NCBI GenBank assembly: GCA_000826855.1
Contig: JTLS01000065.1
Span: forward strand, 1-35,710
Direction of reading: 5' to 3'
From: Basidioascus undulatus
Taxonomy: Eukaryota
DNA: 35,710 nucleotides
A model generated the notes under the pieces. That model made no database searches. It saw only the letters and a list, made by a program, of their open reading frames with translations, and was not told where the DNA came from. Within the stretch, counting starts at the first letter, position 1. Every line of letters starts with the position of its first letter. Positions 34,199 to 35,710 of this stretch are shown in pieces. The position numbers were made by a program, and so were the translations under genes.

Positions 34199-35710
34199 CG
34201 CCTGAGGCTCGCACACCTCGCACTGCATGAACGAAGTGATACCCAATGCTGCCTATGCGTGTATGCGTGCCTGCGTGTGCCAAAACGGCTCCCTTGCGCG
34301 GTTTCCTTCCAGCCTGAGAAGTGGGTGCTTTCCTGGTGACACCCAGGCGGCCCACTCGCTTTCTCGTCCCCGCCCTTTTCAACCTCTATGGCTTTTCTGA
34401 TGTAGCCGCGCCATACGATCCACTGCCTTAAGTCTACTCTTGAACTATCTGAACCAGGTCTTGAGGGCAAGACTCCGCTCCCCACTGGCCAACTTGACCA
34501 CTTCTCGAGTCGAGCACCACGTGAGCCCAGCCTTGCAGTTCTCGTTCTTTCGTTCTATCTATGCGACTTATTCCTTACAACCAACAACACTATTGATGAA
34601 GTTTTGAGCAGTGTAACCCTGCAAGTCTGGACGAAGCGTGACTGAAGATTTGAGCCGGACTGCGCTGCGATAAAAGCAGCTGGGGAGCAGAGCAGCTGCT
34701 GCTTTTGGCAGCCTTTGGCTGGGTGAGGAATGCACTCCCTCATAGTTTCATAGTGCAGTCTGAGTGTACAGAAGTCCTAGCTAAGCTCTTCAAGTCAGGC
34801 TGAAGATCCGAACAGAAGTCGTTGCTGTTTCCCTCAGGCTCAAAAAGGCTGCCAGGGTAGACCTTGCTGTTGCTTTCAAGCTCGCTCGCTTTTTGCACCT
34901 AAACACAACCAACATAAGCTCTGAACAATTTTTTCCGTGTATTCTGCTAGCAACTTTGAGGGCCGTGATTGCTCGGGCCAGGTTAGCCGCGAACCAGCTC
35001 ACCTGCCGAAAGTGGGCTCTCGGACGGGCGCCCTAGAATCTCACACAAGGAAGTCTTGCAACGTCTCAAGTAGGAATACCTCCGAGGTGAATCACATACG
35101 CTCTGGTGGGCTCGCCTCGGGGATCTTCGTAAGAGCTGAGTGCTTTGCTGGGCAGAGAACTGCTTCTGGTACACCCTGCTCACGCCCAGCGAAGGTGGAG
35201 AGCTGCCGAACCAAGCCTCCGGAGAGACAGGTACGCGCGCGCGCCTTGTTTTGTTCATATTTACCACATAGTTGTATCGCACGCGAGAGCTCTGGGTGGC
35301 GGCGAGCGGACGAGATCACTGCGCTCCCAAAAGCAGGACTGACTCTCCCTGTGGGGGGTTGATGCAGGCCAGAGCTGTGCGTTGGAGCCCCCTTTATGAA
35401 TGCGGGAAGTAATATTGGTGTATTATGCTGAGGTGCAGATGGGTAGCCGATATCGTCTTGATGCGGGACTGTGAGTTGACTATACTTTACGTTGTGTGCA
35501 GTGCTGTGTCTGATGGGCGCTCACTACCACAATTCCAGTCCAGGAGCGGTTTGCAGACACCGGCAGAATGGTAATGAGACCTATGGCTATTCAAATTTCA
35601 GAAGTGAGCTCTGCATCTTGGGCTTGCGGGTTTGGTCGAGGGCCGGACTGAAGTCCTTCCACTTCCCAGCGGCCTGATCGTGAGCCTCTTGTCAATAGGC
35701 ACAATGGCGA

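Noticed and set aside
34500..35710. Short ORFs at the window end
   Set aside because: No recognisable motifs or consistent exon chain; left as intergenic or unidentifiable remnant.

Overview
Eukaryotic, intron-rich fungal DNA, most likely a basidiomycete (short GT-AG introns with CTRAC branch sites; basidiomycete-type Rad4, Rpn13, EDC3, AA9). All gene models were spliced by hand from the sequence. Apparently intact GC-rich genes: NADAR (5'-truncated by the window), an Ecl1-like Zn-motif protein, Rpn13, an orphan gene, EDC3, an AA9 LPMO, Rad4/XPC, NAD(P)HX epimerase, tRNA-Ile(AAT) with intron, an SMP/LEA-like protein, capping protein alpha and Derlin. Between them lie lower-GC stretches with decayed genes (HSL-family esterase, sphingoid-base kinase fragment, glycosyltransferase-like remnant). 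The main point of interest is a divergently transcribed, extremely intron-dense pair: an intracellular GH5 (subfamily 22-like, about 23 exons) and a lactose/cellodextrin-permease-like MFS transporter (about 29 exons). Each carries one ORF-breaking lesion (in-frame TAG; +1 frameshift). About 4 kb away is an AA9 LPMO that lacks the conserved second-sphere His. Family assignments are from motif recall, not database searches.
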